Positions 29,459 to 43,987 of a DNA stretch of 64,000 nucleotides are shown here, in pieces. The stretch is from Chrysomallon squamiferum (Eukaryota > Animalia > Mollusca): contig CM022679.1 in assembly GCA_012295275.1 (NCBI GenBank), forward strand, positions 27,404,001 to 27,468,000, in the 5' to 3' direction. The notes beneath the pieces were generated by a model that was given only the letters and a program-made list of their open reading frames with translations, made no database searches and was not told the DNA's origin. The position numbers and the translations under genes were made by a program. Position 1 is the first letter of the stretch; every line of letters begins with the position of its first letter.

Positions 29459-30636
29459 GTAATAGTAATAGTAATAATAGTAATAATAGTAATAATAGTA
29501 ATAGTAATAATAATAATAATAATAATAGTAAAAGTAATAATAATAAGTAATAGCTGTAATAATAATTTAAAAGAAAAATGAAAAAATAGAAAAAATATAA
29601 TAATAATAATAATAATAAAAAAAAGAAGAAGAAGAAGAAGAAAATTATAATTAAAAAAATGAAATAAAATAAAACTTTTCAGTAATGAGGGACAGACATA
29701 TATACAAGACTAATTAAAGGGAGATAATTCACCTTCTCCATAAACACTTTTGAGCTCTTCAATCTGAGCATTGGTTCGAGTCATGAGAATTTCTATCAAG
29801 GCTTGTTCATCTGTGCCTAACCCCTGAAAATGCAAAACTGCATTCTTAGGTTTCCTGTTGAAATAGCTTTTATTACTTATCTTTTACCATTATTCTTATT
29901 ATTATCTCTCTTTGTTATTTTTAAAGTTTCAGTTGAGCCAGTAATATGTTTGTATAATTTCAACAGTTTATTTGTGACATCAGTCTTTGCTCTAAGCAAA
30001 GTGTGACCACACGATTACAAGCCTACAAGAATAAACAGAGGCTCCTTGTAATATATTTCAGGCTCAATCCTCTTTGATGGGCTTGATGGACCTTTTCCCA
30101 ATCCTGCTAGTGCTCCTAAACTAAACTGGTTTATCAAAAGCTCTAATATAAACTTTCCTGCCTGTGGGAAGGTATGTATTAAAAATTACCTGCTGCTAAA
30201 TTTGGACACAAGACTAAATGGTTTTATATATAATAACTGGATAGAATTCCATCCTTTCTTATCACATGAAAGATAAATTAAAGTGAAAAATACTTACATA
30301 GATGGCTTCTTTGATACACCAAGCATCATACACAGCAGGGGAAACAAAGCAAGCCATCACTGATGATTTATAGTCACCACTCAGTTCACTGTTTATGTCT
30401 TCAATAAGATCCTGTAACAATATATATATACAATTAGATATACATAAACAAAATAAATAAATAAATAAATAAGTAAATAAATAAATAAATAAACAAAATA
30501 AGTAAATATCTAAATAAGTAATTAAGCAAATAAATAAATATCTAAATAAGTAAATAAATAAATAAATAAGTAAATAAATAAATTAAATTTTAAAATTGTT
30601 TGTTTCTACCACTTTGTTATGCTTTAAGTAATTATA

Positions 30637-30711
<75 letters not shown>

Positions 30712-32655
30712 TCTTTGAGAAATCTAAGTTGATTTTGAGGAGGTTGAATCAGTCTGATATTTTAAAATTTCACTCTCACCCGACCGTACATAGTTTTAAA
30801 CATTTTCTTCAGTTGTTGTCTTTGTGAGTTACATCTTGTTGAAACAACATGATTGATGGCTGCTTCATCCGTACCTTCAGAAATAAATAAATAAATAAAT
30901 AAACAAATAAATAAGTAGATAAATAAATAAGTAAATAAATAAATAAATAAATAAAAATAAATAAATAAATAAATAAGTAGATAAATAAATAAATAAATAA
31001 ATTAATAGAACTAAAAACAAATAACAATAACAAAAAAAAAGAGAAAAATCCAAAAAACCCATAAATAAATAAATATGAAAATAAACAAAATAATTAATAA
31101 ATAAACAAGCAAATAAATTAGTCTGAAACAAAAATTCATAATAGATTCGGTGTGTGTATGTATATATATATACACACAAGAATTTAATAAAAGAATAAAT
31201 AAAAAAGAAATAAGCAAAGAAAACAAAGAAGGAAATAATAAATATTCAACCAAAATCATAAAAAAAAAAAAAAAATATATAAAAGTAAGAAAACCCCAAC
31301 AAAAAAAAAAAAAAAAAAAAAAAAAAAAGAAAGAAAAACCCCAGAAAAAAAAAAAAAAAAATCCAACAACAAACAAACCCACCAAACAAAACATCAACAA
31401 CAATAAAATCTAACAGTTAAATAAAAAAGTATAAACACTACAAAAAAACAAAAACATTAACAGACAAACAACAACACAGCAACACGTACCAAGACCTTTC
31501 ATGGCTGCTCGCAGGTATTTCGCAGTCGCTCTCTGGATCCCAGGCCTTCCCCTCGAGATCTCTGTCTCGATTCTGTCTTGACCAGTCGGCCACCAGGTCG
31601 TATTTTGAGTACGTCTTCATCGGCTTCACGGTCCCCTCCGTGAGGTCAAATGTGCCAGAAACGCTCTGACGTCGAATGAGCTCGTTGATAAACGTCTGTC
31701 TCATCATCTCCTTGAGCTTAGAATCGTCATTGCCTTCAGCCTGGAATCAATCAGTGAGTGAGTGAGTGGATGGATGGGTGGATGGATGGATGGATGGATG
31801 AATGGATGAATGAATGAAAGAATGAATGAAAAATGGTTGGATGAATGAATGAATAATTGAATGACTGAAAAAATTGGATGAATGAATGAATGAACGGTTA
31901 ATTATTCAACATGATCAAAGAATATTAATTTTCTAAAATTAAACAATAATTGTCGAATAATGTCATAATGATCCTTTATTATCAGTTTTTTAACAACTTA
32001 ACAGAAATACATATATAAATATGTCCATTCATCCATGCATACAAATGTAAGTACAGAAAGACAGACATATACATATACATTCATGTACATGCATACACAC
32101 TAATACATTAAATATATATATATATATATATATATGGGCATGTTTGTATAAATGCAGAAGTTACCTACTGGGACAGCTACTGGAGGGGGTAGTTCAGGGA
32201 TATACTCCCTACTCTGTTCAGACTGAGTCTCGCTTTGCTGTACACTGTCATCTGTTTTCTCTTTTCCAGTCTGTGTTCAAAACAGAGAATATTAATTAGT
32301 AAAATGCACTGAGTTATAAACAGAAACAAACACACACACACACACACACACACATTTATAAACACACACATACAGACATACACACAAATGAATAGAATAA
32401 CACACACACACACACACATACAGACACAAATTAATTAAAAAGTATATTTATCTTATAAACTACAATGTATTACAATATAAACTACAATGTATATATAATA
32501 TATAAACACACACACAGAAATTAATTTTTAAAAGTCTATTTATCTATTGATATATATAAACAACACACACAGAGAAACATACACACACATTTCCATGTTT
32601 TTTAATTAATATGTGTTTATGAGTTTTTGTATGAGTATGGGTATGGGTATGTGTG

Positions 32656-32729
<74 letters not shown>

Positions 32730-34838
32730 CATACATACACACATTTTTAAATGTATTAAAAACATTATCTGAAGTAAAATAATATTGTTTAAACATTAAA
32801 ATGGGTAGATAAAGTTTTTATAACAAAAAAATATAACATTTTTCTATATTTGTTATATAGCTTTGATATCTACTTCTAAAAAGTGTAATTAATAATATTT
32901 ACCTGAGTAGCAAGCATATCCTTAAACATCTAAAAAATAAAAATAATATCAAGTTCTGATTTAAATGATTGTGTGTTAATAGTGAAATTTATTACTAATC
33001 TGTCATTGCTTGTTAATTATTTAAATAAAATGAAATAAATAAATAAAGAAAATGGTAGTCATTCATAAATAAAATAAAAACAAAACTAAATTAAAGTAAG
33101 AAAGTAAGTAAATAAGTATCTAAATAACTATCTAACTAAATAATAAATAAATAATCTTTTCCAAAAAATAAACAGTATCACTCTAACCACGACAAATTAT
33201 CACCCCCAGCCAAAAACAAACACCATTCCAGATATAAAATAAATTATAAAAATTAAAAATTATCTCAAATTGAACTTGTAATTACAAAAAGTATTTTCTC
33301 AAAGTTCTGAAGATGGATTATCTAAACTGATGTATTCCTTTAATTCTGAAAGTTTTAAAAATTGAGACTTACCTTCATCATCTCCTGCTGTTGTTGTAGT
33401 TGGAACTGAAGCAGCTGCTGATTGTACTGGTTGACGTATGATGTTGTTGGCATTGTCATTGGTGCAGGAGCCTGATATTGAGAATAAAATAAATAAATAA
33501 ATAAATAAACATCACGAACATACAAACAAACAAACAAACAAACAAAAACCCAACAAATAAACAAATAAATAAATAAATAAACAAAACAAACAAACAAAAT
33601 AATAAAGAAAGAAAGAAAGAAAGAGAAAATAAAAATGTGTCTGTGTGCATTTGTATGATGTGTGTATGGATATGTGTATGTATTAGTGTATATGTGTGTT
33701 AGTGTGCATGTATATGTGTGTGTGTGTATTCAAGTATGTCTATATGTGTATACCTATCCAATATAATCCTTATAAACTGTCTGAGAGTATTAAAGGAAAT
33801 TAAATTAAAAAAGCAAAATTAAAACAAACTTTCTGAACTTCTTCATAAATTAGCTTCCTCAATTTAATCCTAATTTATATAAAGAAGAACAGAATTTTTT
33901 TTTTTTTTTTTTTTTTTTTTATTTAGTATTCAATTTAAAAAGCTAATTTTGCTAAAAGAAAGTCAGTTGGGATTTTTATCTCAAATCTGTGTTATTTTTT
34001 TGACATGCATGCCTGATCAGATCTCTTACTGAAGATTTTTTTTTACCTGTTGTGTGTATTCTTGATTCATCTGAGCACACTGCTGTACAGCTGGGACCCC
34101 ATACCCTGGATTGTACATTTGTTGTCCTGTAAAACACAGAGAGAAGACATCATAACAAAAAGAAACACATGTAAATAGTATTAGGTATCAGCTATAATGA
34201 TTATATGAGACTGGAAGTTCACCACTCTGTGGCTAGTCACACCTATTAAAAGCAAGGGATTTTTTTTAATTTTCTTTTTATAAGGAATTTGCTATAAAAA
34301 AAAATGTTAAGATAATTCTGTGACTTATGATAAATCAAATTTTGGAGCAATGGTTGTAATGAGATATTGATCATGTATGGAATTACTGAAAATTGGAACA
34401 CTGAATAATAATATTAGGTGTTATATTATATTTAATTGTTTGTTTGTTTGTCTGTTTGTTTATTTGTTTGTTTATTTATTTTTAATCATTGTGAATTGAA
34501 AATGATTTCCCAATCTAGACTAATAATAATAATAATAATAATCATCATAATGATGATGATGATGATGCTGATGATAATAATACTACTACTAATATTAGTT
34601 TCTGTTTAGCCAAGTGATGATTTCCCAGTCTACACATCTGATGAACAGTAATAATGTAGATGCTGTTTAAGAAAACATTCAACAAATTGTACTGTTACTG
34701 GGAGGGTGTAAAAACAAACACACAACTCACCTGGGTACTGATTCACATTGTATGCACTGTAAGGTGAACCTCCCCATGCTGATCCTATAGGATTCCCAGG
34801 ATAATTACTAGGATAGTTATTCTAAAATAGTAATAATG

Positions 34839-34898
<60 letters not shown>

Positions 34899-35115
34899 GT
34901 AATAATCTTAATAATAGTAATAATAATAAAGAAATTAATAAACAAAGAAAAGAAAATATCAAATGTATATGCTCATTCAAAACATTTATACATGCAAAAA
35001 TACAAAAATGTACACACAAACAAGAGAAACTAGAGCTATTACTTTCCAGTGACAATATAAAAATTGCAAAGAATATTTTGAAAGTCATTTAAGACAACCC
35101 TCATTCACTATGTTC

Positions 35116-35200
<85 letters not shown>

Positions 35201-35712
35201 CCACACATACACACATTATAGAAGTATAAAAAACAGACACAGAAGCACACAGGTATACAGACACAGATATACAGACACACACACAGACACACACCCACAA
35301 CATATCACACAAACATTCCCATTCTCTCCCTCTTTCTCTCTGTATTTCCATTGATTTTGAAAGTCAAGGTCACATTTTACTAAGTGTTCAAAACAGGTAC
35401 AAAAAAAAAAAAAAATAAAAAAAAATAAGAGTATTACAAGTAAACAAAACTAAGTTATGTTAATCTGTCTGACCAGAAAAAATGTGGGTTATTTGTCACG
35501 GTTACATGACCTGTTTTATTTTTTAGGTAAGTGATAGAATACTGCCTTAGCTTAGTACAAACACAGCTAAAAATGTAGTGAATGTATATGTAGTTTGTAT
35601 GTGTGTTTGTGTGTGTGTGTGTGTGTGATATCAGAATTAAACCGTGTGGAATTAGCAGATTTAACAGTAAGGTAAATATCACTGATAATTAATTAATACT
35701 TACTGGATACAT
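27157..35712 (-). CDS. Annexin (A7/A11-like architecture), about 542 aa; exons 35704-35712, 34731-34821, 34047-34126, 33373-33471, 32903-32929, 32169-32270, 31490-31740, 30780-30874, 30298-30411, 29733-29823, 29215-29315, 28473-28727, 28070-28145, 27439-27551, 27157-27282
   Basis: Four annexin repeats: MKGLGTDE...ELSGD; IYGLGTDE...DCSGD; AGEKRWGTDE...ETSGD; MKGLGTDD...SRSEID...DCSGN. Core exons of 95/114/91 nt are typical of annexins. The N-terminus is Y/P/G/Q-rich. Phases are consistent once one extra A at about 31519 is removed (restores SDCEYLRAAMKGLG). Confidence 0.93.
27700..27760 (-). mobile_element. Degenerate SINE core remnant
   Basis: Reverse reads ...cattctgtgggaaggtgcataac..., similar to cctgcctgtgggaaggtatgtattaaaaattacctgctgctaaa at about 30157-30200. 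Confidence 0.35.
30060..30200 (+). mobile_element. Degenerate SINE (Meta-core-like) in an annexin intron
   Basis: actggtttatcaaaagc...tcctgcctgtgggaaggtatgtattaaaaattacctgctgctaa resembles a recalled molluscan SINE core; related fragments lie at about 27700 and 54720. Not verified by search. Confidence 0.4.
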
Positions 35713-36247
35713 TACAGATAGTGTCTACTTCTTTCCAGTTTTGTCTGAAATAAAATAAACATGTTTTCAGCATGCATACACTCAGATTGAAATTTATATT
35801 AAAAAAATCCAGAATTGTTTTATATGACACTATAGAAATTATCGGAATAATTCAGAAACAACAGATCAAAATAAACAAATACTTAAATCCAGGTATTTCT
35901 GTTTAGAAACAGGTAAAACCTTTAATAATAATCCAGTATCTGCACATCGATAGTTGAAAATAATAAATCCTTATTAAATTCTCAACATTTTATAACACAC
36001 AGGTAAACATTAATCCAATTCAAACATTTTGTCAGAAAAACAAAATATGTAATTATGTCTATGTTGTTGTTTTTGAACACACAGGTAAAATCCAACACCT
36101 ACATGTTGACAGGTAAGAGTAAATGAATTTACCTGTGTCACTAACAAGCATGCAATCTCAGGTTTACTTCACAGTGTGGTTGTCAAGGTGATGTAAACAG
36201 AGCTTATATTTGTACAAGTTATTTTTCAAAACTCTTTCCCAGATCAA

Positions 36248-36510
36248 TAGATCTAAATTTAACATAAGGGAGGTACTGATAATTTCAATAGATCTGAATT
36301 TAACAGTGGTAATAAGGGAGGTACTTGTAATTTTAGTAGGTGAGGTGTATTTTTCATAAATTTAAAACTGTGGTTGTAAGGAAGGAATTAATAATTTGAA
36401 TAGGTGGGGTGCATTGTAGGATCTAAATTTAATATGATGGTAATAAGGGAGGAACTGATAATTACAATAGGTGGGGTAGATTAATTTAACATGGTGGTAA
36501 AAAAGGGGGG
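36248..36510. repeat. Degenerate ~45-70-bp tandem repeat (atagatctaaatttaac...ggtaataagggaggtactgataatt)
   Basis: About 5 diverged units upstream of the annexin start exon. Confidence 0.65.
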
Positions 36511-37502
36511 TAATGACAGCTTACACTTACTTATGTAGTGGATTAATACTTAAGGCTAAATCTATGTTAACAACAAAAATATGCTGGTGTATTGATAAAA
36601 CTGAATGTGGGATATATATGACATATATGTTAAAAATGTTGTGTGTGTTGGCAGTGCTGTTAATTAAGTGAACTGGCAGGATGGTGTTGTATATATATAT
36701 ATATATAAATTAATGTTAGAAATGGTATTAATAGGCATGTAGGTGATTATTTTGTACAGCAAGCAGAGTAGGTTATGTTTCTGAACTGATGTTAAAAACA
36801 TGTTGGTATGGACAGAGCAGAAATGATTTTTGGCAATATTAAATATTTGATCATATAATGAGCTTTTGGGGTGCTTAGTGCAAAAATGATCTAGTCTTAC
36901 AGAATGCATACATCATTGTTATAATTTGTATTCTTTCAAACATTGTGTTAAAAAAATCATACTACTTTAATTATTTTTATTATTATTATTATTATTATTA
37001 ATATATCTATGCTTTGTAAATATTCAAAGACTTAGCGTTGTTTCTATGAGTTATTTCTATAAAATGGTCGACAAAAGACTGCTATTAAATGAATAACACA
37101 GGGGTTGGTTATTCAGAATCTGTGAATGGAAAGAATGTATGTCAGTTTAATAAAGAATGTACTGATAATAATTTTCTTTTGGTTAAGATTAAAATAGGAT
37201 TTAGTATAACTGTTCTTTACAATAGGAGTGTATGAATCATTCTGTTTAGTATTATTTCTGAACGATGAAATAGATTTACTTTGTGAATTTATTTCAGAAG
37301 AAACCCAGAAGAGATACTGGACTAATGTTTAGATGAGATATTTAGTGGATAGTAAATGTATCTGTATCTTTCTGTTTTGTTATTTTGAAAGACAATTAAG
37401 ATGACATTCACTCACTCTTACTCACGCATGCACACACATACTCACTCACTAACACCCACCCATATGAACAAACACGTAACATATAAAGTCTGAAACTAAA
37501 AC

Positions 37503-37565
<63 letters not shown>

Positions 37566-37634
37566 AGAAGGGATACAGCAAAATGTACAGACTACTCATC
37601 AGAATACCCAACAGTAAAGTGACTGAAATCTTTA

Positions 37635-37815
37635 TTAAATAAAAAAAATAACAGCAAAATAAATAACAAAAAGAAAACTGTAAAATAAATAACAAAAGGA
37701 AAACAGTAAAATAAATAACAAAAGAAAACAGTAAAATAAATAACAAAAGAAAACAGTAAAATAAATAAAAAGAAAACAGTAAAATAAATAACAAAAAGAA
37801 AACAGTAAAATAAAA
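37635..37815. repeat. ~25-bp minisatellite (aaaacagtaaaataaataacaaaag) downstream of unit A
   Basis: About 7 units are visible. Confidence 0.8.
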
Positions 37816-38258
37816 ATTTTAATATTCCTATTTTGGCTAAGAAAATTCAAAACAATTGCTTCTGTTTGATAATATGCAAAAAAAAAAAAAAAAAAAAAAA
37901 AAAACATTATAAATTAAATGTTCAAAAATAAAAAGAGTCAAAAAAGTATTAACATTAAAAAAACTGAATTTCTCTTCAATATTCAGATAAAATTAATTAC
38001 ACTATCCAAATATTTCTATTAAAAGAATTTACTGGAACAATGTTGGGCATTGTTTTATTTCTTCTGATATGTATATTTTTAAAACATTTTAACAATTAAA
38101 TAAATGGCCTGAAAGGACATGCATACAGAAACACAAATATATATATATATCTTGATACACAAATAATGAAACAATTCCATAATCCTCTTAATAAAACATT
38201 AACAAATGCTATTCTAGTATAACAATAATAAAAATTCTACAGTGGCACAATGTTTAGT

Positions 38259-40502
38259 TCATAATCTGCTTTTTGCTGTCACTTTGTTTTTCGGAATTGA
38301 TTTGTGTACAGTGCGATTGACCTTGACATTTTCAAGTTTATGAATGCATCTGTAGAGAGCATCACAAATACTGAACCACTTTGACTGAGTAACACCAGAT
38401 GTCAAGTCAAGATGGTTGGTCACGTAGGCCCATCCAACTTGGTACTTAGTGTCTGCTGCAGCGTACTGTCCTCCATATCCCCCATGTCCAAACATGTAGT
38501 ACATCTGAAAAAAAAAAAAAATAAAAATTTAAAAATTTAAATTTATAAATATTAGAAAAAAAAAAAATATAATCTTAAATAATAATGATTGTAAAAAAAA
38601 AAAATAAAAAAAAAAAAAAAAAAAAAAATGTATCAGTTAAAAATTTAGATAACAAAGAGAAGATAACTCTGCTCACATATTTTAATGATGTGTTCCTTTT
38701 ACCTCATCATCTTCAACTACTGGTAGCAGAGTCATGCCCAGACTGTAAACATCGTCCATGCCGTATGACATGTCAGTTCCCCATGACAACGGCTCCTGAA
38801 GTAATTCAGTCACCTTTCCAGAGAGAATCCTTCTTCCCTTACCATCTGACCCGTTACCTAGGATACCATGAAGCTTAGCAACAGCTTCAGCAGTTCCAAT
38901 CCCATGAGAGGAGCCAACAGGAAGTTCCATAAAGTTTGGATCCTGTATCACCAGAGTCTGTTGGTTGTAGATAGCAAAAATATGTCTAATCACACAAGTT
39001 CTGTATATGGTTACATATCAGAATATATATATATTTATATAAACATTCTTATATATAGATATCTTTTGTATGATTACAATGTAAATATTCAATTATTTTT
39101 CAAACTGTTATTAAAACAAATAAAATCATGACCCAACACTTAATCTGACAACACTGCATTTACTCAAAGAAAAGAAAAGGAATTATTTGAGCTTTGTTGA
39201 AAAAAGAATAACTTCTGTGTATAACTTACTCGTCTCCAGTCTCTTGGATTTCTCAAAATGCGCTGGATGATGTTCTTGTCTCCTTTAAAGTCTTCTCTAA
39301 ACCAATTATAATATTTCTTAGTTTCCTCTGTGTTTATCACCAAGCGCACCACACGATACTGCTCAGACTTTGGCAAGCCAATGTGAAAGTCTATGTCTGT
39401 ATAATGTCAAACAGCTGTGAATACAGTCTAGTTCATTTTTTTAAAAGGTTGTTTGATTGCGTCTTTCAAAGACCATTGAATACAGTCTAGGTAAATTTTC
39501 AATGGTTATTTGATTGTTATTAAGAGAGACCTGAGTACAGACTAGTCCAATCTTTAAATTAAATAGCTATCTGAACACAGATTGTAAATATTAAAAGAAT
39601 GAAATAATCAATATTTGTTTAATATCAATCATCTTTAGGTGGTTAAAGATAAATATCTAAATCTCTTCTCTGATAAAAACTTAGTTTCTAAACAAAAAAG
39701 AACTAAAAATTGTTTGGGTCGGGGGTGTCTTTAGCATACATGACATTAAGTTAATCCTTTATGAATTATAATAATATTAGCAATAAAAATATTCAATAAA
39801 TTATCTCAACTTTATTGTAAAATAAATATTCTGGCTTACTGCAAGCTAAACAAGAAAAAAAAAACCTTTTGTTAAGTTCTTTGACTTGTTTCATCTGTAT
39901 TGTAAAATCAAGTTTTTAGTCTGAAAATAAAAAAAATTCACTTACTGAAAGGTTCAGCAATTTCTTCTTTGAAGTACTGAGACAAACTTCGATGTTTTGG
40001 GTCAGTTCTTCTCACTATCTGGTCAAGGTAGAGGCCAAAGGTCATTGGATGGTAGCCATGTTTTGTTCCTGTCATAGTGAAATCAAATATCAGCATCAAT
40101 GTATTTATATAGATGTGAATTCAGAAACATGATTACAGACACAGTGACATACAGACATACATACATCCTGGAAATTATTTAATATACAAAATAATATACA
40201 ACTACATTTGATTAACCCTTTCAGAGCCAAAGTTTGGTGGAAGACGTACTTCCCTGTGCCAGGTATTTTGGGGAAAATCATATTTGGGCTGATTTTAAAT
40301 TAGTGCATTAAGTCATGATGAAAATATTCTGGTATTTCAAGATATGCTGTCAGTGGCAATCTTCTACCATGTTGAGATGCATCTCAAACTGTAGTGAAGG
40401 ATTAAAACAAATGAAACCTTTTATGATACTTTTTCAAAAACACTCTGAAAATAAAGATGATTTTTTCCACTCACTAATATATGGATAACAGATATAAGGT
40501 AA

Positions 40503-40553
<51 letters not shown>

Positions 40554-43313
40554 TTTTTTTTCTTATGTATACAAAGTCAAATGCAGTGCTTTCAAAAAAA
40601 TGTAGTTTCCATAGCTACCTGGTGTCCACAATGGTTTCTGATCAGCTAATAATCTGTTTAACTCATCTGGATTATCTCTAATCCAGGATAATTCATAATC
40701 TCTGTCTAGATCTGGTAGGCCAGCCTGAAAATAGAAAAAAAAAAAATAATAATAATAATAATAAATCATTATAATAATAAAAAATAATTAAAAAAAAATA
40801 ATAATAATAAAAAAGAATTTTTAAATAATAACATATCTGTAATTTGAATCAGTTTTTAATTAAGAAAAATTTATTTCATCTGTTTTTTGCTTTTCTTACA
40901 TGTTCAAGATGTCTTTCTTTTACACATTTCTCAGGACTAGCCATTGAACTTGAGTCTTGTGAACACAGTTAAAGATTTGGCCTCAGACTTCACCAAACCT
41001 CTGCATGCCACCAGATCTCCACAACTCAGAGCCAATGAACAGAAATAAATATAGCTGAGACAGAGAAACTGTTTTTTGTTTTATTAAATAGACAAACAGA
41101 AATGGAGGAAGGGGGAAAAGAAAAAATATTTAATTTATTTTAATTTTTGTACAATATCATTATTATTCCTTTCTTTTGTCAGTTCATACAAAAGTCAGAA
41201 TACAAAACAAAACAGTTGATAATTTACTAAATTATCCTTACCCGATTGCTGAGAAACATTTTCAGAGTTATCTCCTCCTTTCCATTTTGAGCAAATTCAG
41301 GCCAGTGTTTGGATATTTTATCTTCGTAACTTAAAAATCCTCTGGAAAAGCAAAATAAATATAAAACTTGAAAAATAAAACTATCATAACTGAAAGGATC
41401 CATTTCAAAACTGATTTAAAATGCAATTTATCAATATTTTAGAGATTATAACGTAACAGGCAAAATATAAAACATCTGAAATTTTTTTTGCAAGTAGCGG
41501 AGACCTGCTATTGATCTGTACAGACAACTAGAAAGACAGATGTAGATAGATACATGTGTGTGTGTGTGTGCATGTCTATATGTGTATATACATATGTTCA
41601 CGTAGCTGTATGTTAGTTTATCTATGTGGCGGATAACTCTGATACCTGTCTACCAAGTGTGCTATGACAACAGCTGATGCACTTTTTGTGGTTGAGAAGA
41701 AGAAACTCAGAGTGTTTTCTTCCCAGGGTCTCAGTGCCTCAGGGTCTGCCAGCCCAGCCCACAGGTTGACAACCAGTTCTCCACGGTAATACGCAGCAAA
41801 ACTTCCTCCTCGTTCTATCCCTTTCTTCAAATTATCTCTGCAGTTAGTTTAGAATATACAATAAAGTACTCTTTAAAACTGAAACATCCGTGTGCAGGAA
41901 AATATAAATAAAGATTAGATAAGACTGTGGTTTTATATGAAGCACGCTATAATATAAGTAGTTTTGTTTAATTAATTTTTTTTTTTTATTAAATTAATAT
42001 TTTATACCCGGATAAAAATAGAAATAGCATAAGATTGGGTTTATATACTATGCAGGCTATGATGTTATTAGTTTTGTTTAATTGATTATTTTTAACAGTT
42101 AATATTTTAAATCCAAATAAAAGTAAAAATAGGATAAAATTGGAGTTTTAGTTAAAGTAGAATATAATACTATTAATTTTATTTAAATCATTATTTTTGA
42201 AAGTTAATATTTTGAATCCATGTATATGAAAACAAAAATATAAATGGGATAATACTGAGGTGTCAAACCCTTTTGAACTGAAATTCATGTCCATATATTA
42301 AAAAAGAGAGGGGAAAAACAGAATTACAGTAAATATAGAAACATTTGGTGGAAGAAATGGAAAACTGTTTACTTGAAAGTTTCTTCAACATCTTCAAATC
42401 CTTTTTTCACATAGCCATGAAGTTTTGGTATCATTTTTTCCTGAGTAAAAAGATATTAATAATTCATTCATTCACCTTAGACCCATTATTTCTGTTTTCT
42501 TCAGAAATACATTAATGAATATGCAAAAATAAAAATAATAATAACAATAAAAATTTAAGAAAATAGATAGGTATCAGTTATTAAAGTCTGGAGTAATTTT
42601 ACTGTATTAAAATTATATTAAAAATAAATAAATAAATAAATAACAAAAAAGAAAGAAAGAAAACAAAAGTACCGTTCCTCAATTAATATTAAAATATTCT
42701 AAAGTGTCTGTAAATTACAAATTTAATCCGTTTTTATATTCTATATTTATTTCACGGTGTTCGTATCATTGAGTTTTGTATAATAAAATATTCACACATT
42801 TAACTTTAATATTCTTCATTTTATTTGTTAAATAATCCATAAACCCATTACATACAGTTAGTAGAGTTACAATTTTGTTACAACACGTTTTTCTAAAAGT
42901 TTAAATAATTGTAAATCAATGATCAGATTATTGAATCAGTAGATTGAGTTTTTCTTGAATAAAAGGTACCATATGTTTGTTTTCTTCTTCTTCGAAGAAT
43001 GAGGCTTAGAGTATGTAGACGTTAGTGAAATAAATAATTAAATTTCTTCTTCGTACACTTTCAAATATAATCTACACGGAGTAAACATTTCAGCGATCTT
43101 TGAACTAAAGGGAGAGTACTCTCAATATATTAATTCATAATGATTATTAAATGGGGTATTTTAACTTTAATAAATGAATGAATAAATAAATAAATAAATA
43201 AATTTGTTAAAGTGTATGTGAATGGAGTTGATCGTATTTATTCATGCCAAAAATTAAGTGAATATCTACTTAGCGTCGTAATAATTTATTGAAGAAAAGA
43301 AAAGAAATAAATA

Positions 43314-43356
<43 letters not shown>

Positions 43357-43852
43357 AGATAAAAAATTGGCCTTCGTATCAACCAAATATAAATAAAGAA
43401 ATAATTATTAAAATATTAGTAAGAAAAAAAAAAAAATTCCAACAAAGAAAAAAATAAAAGGAAATAGAAAGGACATAAAGAATGAAAATTGTATGATAAT
43501 GATTATCAGATAAATATTAAGATAAATAAATAAAATAATAATAATAATAAAAAAATAAAATAAAGATAAGTTACTGCCAGGGTATAAATACAAATATACA
43601 TAAGACACAACGCAATACCTACAATGTAACAAATATTTCTACATTATCACCATAAAGCAGAGGTTTTATTTATTTTTATTTTTATTATTTTTTTATACGT
43701 TTTTTTTTTTTTTCTGACTCAAATTATTATTGTGATTTTAAACCCTTAAATTCTAAAGTACATTTCATTGTAGATTAGTATAAGTATTCTAAGGCGTTGA
43801 ACAACACACCTGATATTGCAATTAATAAATAGGAGACTGGCTGATAGTCCAT
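38259..43852 (-). CDS. Serine beta-lactamase-fold protein (lact-2/family VIII esterase-like), unit A, complete, 447 aa; exons 43810-43852, 43575-43618, 42373-42440, 41646-41837, 41242-41341, 40619-40724, 39946-40068, 39230-39396, 38703-38957, 38259-38504
   Basis: N-terminal hydrophobic anchor [29 protein letters not shown]. Motifs: [24 protein letters not shown] (SxxK), [31 protein letters not shown] (catalytic Tyr), [14 protein letters not shown]. Exons sum to 1344 nt with no frameshift. The two small 5' exons are less certain. Confidence 0.88.
40216..40401. mobile_element. piggyBac-like MITE in intron 6 of unit A (empty site for the Tigger insertion)
   Basis: TTAA-CCCTTTCAGAGC ... degenerate right end gtagtgaagga-TTAA; homologous to the copies in B, C and D. 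Confidence 0.55.
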
Positions 43853-43942
43853 CGTTTACTTCACCTACAAGAACAGTATACAACATTTACAGAAAGTTCA
43901 GTCTTCATGTATTATTTTAATTGTTGTAATTAATTAATTATT

Positions 43943-43987
<45 letters not shown>

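Noticed and set aside
40930-41070. Intron-5 block conserved in all four units (possible ncRNA or hidden exon)
   Set aside because: Conservation is explained by recent duplication; no snoRNA boxes or compatible splice sites were recognised.
42970-43004. Possible extra 35-nt exon in unit A (AG...GT flanked)
   Set aside because: It is out of frame after exon 43575-43618. It fits only as a replacement for that exon, which would lose the hydrophobic anchor, and nothing else supports it.
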